Source of the DNA: Chitinophagaceae bacterium
GTDB lineage: Bacteria; Bacteroidota; Bacteroidia; Chitinophagales; Chitinophagaceae
NCBI GenBank assembly: GCA_031424135.1
Contig: JANPGT010000441.1
Span: 1-26,766 of the forward strand
Length of the DNA: 26,766 nt
Reading direction: 5' to 3'
Both the position numbers and the translations under genes were made by a program. Below, piece after piece: positions 24,206 through 26,766 of this stretch. Numbering within the stretch: position 1 is the stretch's first letter; every line of letters starts with the position of its first letter. The notes beneath the pieces are model-generated. The model worked only from the letters and a program-made list of their open reading frames with translations, was not told the DNA's origin and searched no databases.

Positions 24206-25705
24206 ATGCTGAAAGATGAACTTTTCTTTATTGAATCACTTGCACAACTCTACACCGATGTACAGCTGCAGGGGATTTTTGCAGATTCAAAATATTTTGT
24301 GGATTGCCGTCCCATTGGCCCACCTGCAGCAATTGCAAATGCATACCTCGATGAAAAAGACCAGCCAGGTTTTAACCTCAAACGCTTTGTAGCTACTCAT
24401 TTTACCTGGCCGCCGGAAATTGTTACAGGTTATACCTCGGGCAATAAACCCATTGTGCAGCACCTGCATGATCTATGGCCCATATTAACCCGGCAGCCTG
24501 CAAAAAATGCGGAAGGCACGCTTATACCGCTTCCTTTTCCTTATATCGTGCCCGGTGGCCGTTTCAGGGAAGTATATTACTGGGACAGTTATTTTACCAT
24601 GCTGGGTCTGCAGGCAAGCGGGCGTGTTGATATTATGCAGCACATGGTAGACAATTTTGCCTATTTGCTGGATGAAATTGGCTTTATTCCCAATGCCAAC
24701 AGAACCTATTACCTGGGGCGCTCTCAACCACCGTTTTTTACCTTGATGGTAAACTTACTGGCCGAAGAAAAAGGAGGGAATACCCTGCTCATCTACCGCC
24801 GCCAGCTGGAAAAAGAATATGCTTTCTGGATGCAGGGCGAAGAAACCCTTGACGGGATCTATACCCAGCACCGCCGCGTGCTGAGATTGCCGGATGGCAG
24901 TATTGTAAACCGATTTTGGGACGATAATGACACGCCCAGGCCGGAAGCGTTTATTGAGGACTGTGAGCTGGCAGAAAAAGCCGGTGGCGATGCAGCACTG
25001 GTATACCGCCACATCAGGGCGGCGGCAGAATCCGGCTGGGATTTCAGCAGCCGGTGGTTTAAGGATGGTCAGCAAATGACCAGCATTCAGACCACCCACC
25101 TGGTGCCGGTTGATTTAAATTGCCTGCTGCTCTACGCAGAAGAAACACTTTTAAAGATCTATGAATTGGTGCAGGAAGATGCTTTGGCGAAACTGTTCAG
25201 GAACAAAATAGCACAGCGTAAAAATGCCATTCAGCAATATTGTTACAATCATGAAAGGGGCTTCTATTTTGACTATGACCTTATTGAGCAAAAGCAAAGC
25301 GAGCAACTTACATTGGCAGCCACCTACCCCCTGTTCTTTGGTGTAGCCAATAAAATACAGGCTGAAAGCGTAGCGAAAATACTTGAAGAAAAGTTTTTAC
25401 AGCCCGGCGGATTGCTCACCACCCTTACTGCCATAGGGCAGCAATGGGACGCACCCAATGGCTGGGCCCCCCTGCAGTGGATGGCTTATAAGGGATTAAA
25501 AGACTATGGCCACCACCGCCTTGCTGCTGCCATCAGGCAGCGGTGGATGGCGGAAAACGAAAAAGTATATGCGGAAACCGGCAAAATGATGGAAAAATAC
25601 AATGTAAGCGATACAGCGGCCAAAGCAGGCGGCGGCGAATACCCCAACCAGGACGGTTTTGGGTGGACAAACGGGGTCTACCTGCGGCTTCAGCAGGAAG
25701 AATAG
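24206..25705 (+). CDS. treF: Alpha,alpha-trehalase (GH37), cytoplasmic type
   Basis: PGGRFREVYYWDSY, NRTYYLGRSQPP, AAESGWDFSSRW, QWDAPNGWAPLQW and GGGEYPNQDGFGWTNGV. No signal peptide. Confidence 0.93.
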   Translation: MLKDELFFIESLAQLYTDVQLQGIFADSKYFVDCRPIGPPAAIANAYLDEKDQPGFNLKRFVATHFTWPPEIVTGYTSGNKPIVQHLHDLWPILTRQPAKNAEGTLIPLPFPYIVPGGRFREVYYWDSYFTMLGLQASGRVDIMQHMVDNFAYLLDEIGFIPNANRTYYLGRSQPPFFTLMVNLLAEEKGGNTLLIYRRQLEKEYAFWMQGEETLDGIYTQHRRVLRLPDGSIVNRFWDDNDTPRPEAFIEDCELAEKAGGDAALVYRHIRAAAESGWDFSSRWFKDGQQMTSIQTTHLVPVDLNCLLLYAEETLLKIYELVQEDALAKLFRNKIAQRKNAIQQYCYNHERGFYFDYDLIEQKQSEQLTLAATYPLFFGVANKIQAESVAKILEEKFLQPGGLLTTLTAIGQQWDAPNGWAPLQWMAYKGLKDYGHHRLAAAIRQRWMAENEKVYAETGKMMEKYNVSDTAAKAGGGEYPNQDGFGWTNGVYLRLQQEE

Positions 25706-25810
25706 GCGTTTCACCGACAGGGTACAACGGACGGAGGCAGTTACGCGTCATATTTACAGCACAAAAAATTGGTGCGTAGTTTGATTAACTGACTCTAAAT
25801 TATACAAGCA

Positions 25811-26092
25811 ATGAACAAACAACAACCTTCTTTAGCGTTCTGCATCATTATGGATGTTTTAGGCTTTGCCACTTATGCTATTCCGGGCCTGGGTGAGTTG
25901 GGGGATATTGTATTTGCTCCCATATCTGCCATCGTTTTCTATACCATGTTTGGCAGCTGGAAAGGCGCCCTGTTTAATTTTACAGAAGAGATTATCCCCG
26001 GCACTGACTTCATTCCTACATTCACCATTATGTGGGTTTGGCAATATTTTGCCAACAGGAAAAACAGCAATACCGCCATAAGAACAATATAA
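25811..26092 (+). CDS. Small conserved-looking membrane protein of unknown function
   Basis: 93 aa with an ATG in an AT-rich context and its own terminator. Hydrophobic segments contain IPGLGELGD and EEIIPGTDFIP, which resemble a Bacteroidota hypothetical family as I recall it. Confidence 0.75.
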   Translation: MNKQQPSLAFCIIMDVLGFATYAIPGLGELGDIVFAPISAIVFYTMFGSWKGALFNFTEEIIPGTDFIPTFTIMWVWQYFANRKNSNTAIRTI

Positions 26093-26098
26093 CATAAC

Positions 26099-26127
26099 AA
26101 AACCCGGATATTAATCCGGTTTTTTTT
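26099..26127. terminator. Rho-independent terminator between convergent genes (possibly bidirectional)
   Basis: AAAACCCGGAT-ATTA-ATCCGGTTTTTTTT. Confidence 0.75.
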
Positions 26128-26204
26128 ATGTTATAAAAAATAATTAACGCCTGCGTTTTTCCTACCCTTCCTTTTAATACTGGAAATACCGGTTCCTTCA
26201 TTTG

Positions 26205-26766
26205 CTAGCCGATAATAAACCGGTAGCCGATTCCCTTTATAGTTACAATTTCCAGTTTTTCATCTTCTTTAAGATAGCCCCTGATTTTGTTAATGTATAC
26301 ATCCAGGTTACGACTGTTAAAAAATGAATCATTGCCCCAAAGTTGCTGAAGGATGCTTTTACGGTCGGTAATCCCATCCCTGTTTTCATACAATATCTTC
26401 AGCAATGCTGTTTCACGGTAAGAAAGTTTTTTTTCCGCACTGTCTTTTACCAGTAACTGGCGGTTGCTCAAAAACTGGAACTTTCCCATTTGAACGGTAT
26501 CTGCCGCAATGCTCACCGGGCGGCCTTCTTTTTTGCGCAGCACATTTTCAATACGCACAATCAATTCTTCCATACTGAAAGGCTTACGGATATAATCATT
26601 ACCGCCCAGCTTAAAACCTTTTACCACATCATCTGTCTGGGTTTTTGCGGTGAGAAACAATATCGGCACCTGTTCATTCACTGCACGAATTGCTGCGGCA
26701 ATTTCAAAGCCGTCTTTATTGGGCAGCATAATATCCAGCACGCAAACATCCGGCGTGGCCTTTTTA
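26205..26766 (-). CDS. OmpR/PhoB-family response regulator, N-terminus beyond the right edge
   Basis: The frame is open to the edge (KKATPDVCVLDIMLP, with the phospho-Asp). FLTAK, DYIRKPF, and a winged-helix RNLDVYINKIR ... TIKGIGY. Confidence 0.93.
   Translation of the reverse strand, partial: KKATPDVCVLDIMLPNKDGFEIAAAIRAVNEQVPILFLTAKTQTDDVVKGFKLGGNDYIRKPFSMEELIVRIENVLRKKEGRPVSIAADTVQMGKFQFLSNRQLLVKDSAEKKLSYRETALLKILYENRDGITDRKSILQQLWGNDSFFNSRNLDVYINKIRGYLKEDEKLEIVTIKGIGYRFIIG

Noticed and set aside
17203-26766. The hybrid kinase and the OmpR-type regulator as a cognate pair
   Set aside because: They are 4.2 kb apart on opposite strands with four genes between them. The regulator's own upstream context lies outside the window.

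Overview
This is 26.8 kb of apparently core-chromosomal DNA from a member of the Bacteroidota. The family is most likely Chitinophagaceae, inferred from the long three-domain IspG, the fused E1 alpha-beta dehydrogenase, MqnC, TAnnTTTG-type promoter elements and AT-rich translation starts. I support 18 CDSs, two cut by the window edges: aldose-1-epimerase-like (partial), ispG, a secreted amidohydrolase, an Ntn acylase, a secreted TIM-barrel protein, fused 2-oxoacid dehydrogenase E1, a 4-TM holin-family membrane protein, an M16 peptidase pair, an aspartyl protease-PDZ protein, an M28 peptidase, mqnC, a 1602-aa hybrid histidine kinase, a lipoprotein, an MFS transporter plus trehalase, a small membrane protein and an OmpR-family regulator (partial). 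I found no transposase, integrase, CRISPR array, rRNA, tRNA or recognisable defence system. The least explained signals are non-coding: (1) a ~180-nt structured region at 2341-2530 with 6S-RNA-like features, (2) a perfect 82-nt cloverleaf palindrome nested inside a second inverted-repeat element, and (3) short repeat families in the spacers, some apparently absorbed in frame into the E1 linker. All folds, counts and family assignments were made by eye and need computational confirmation.
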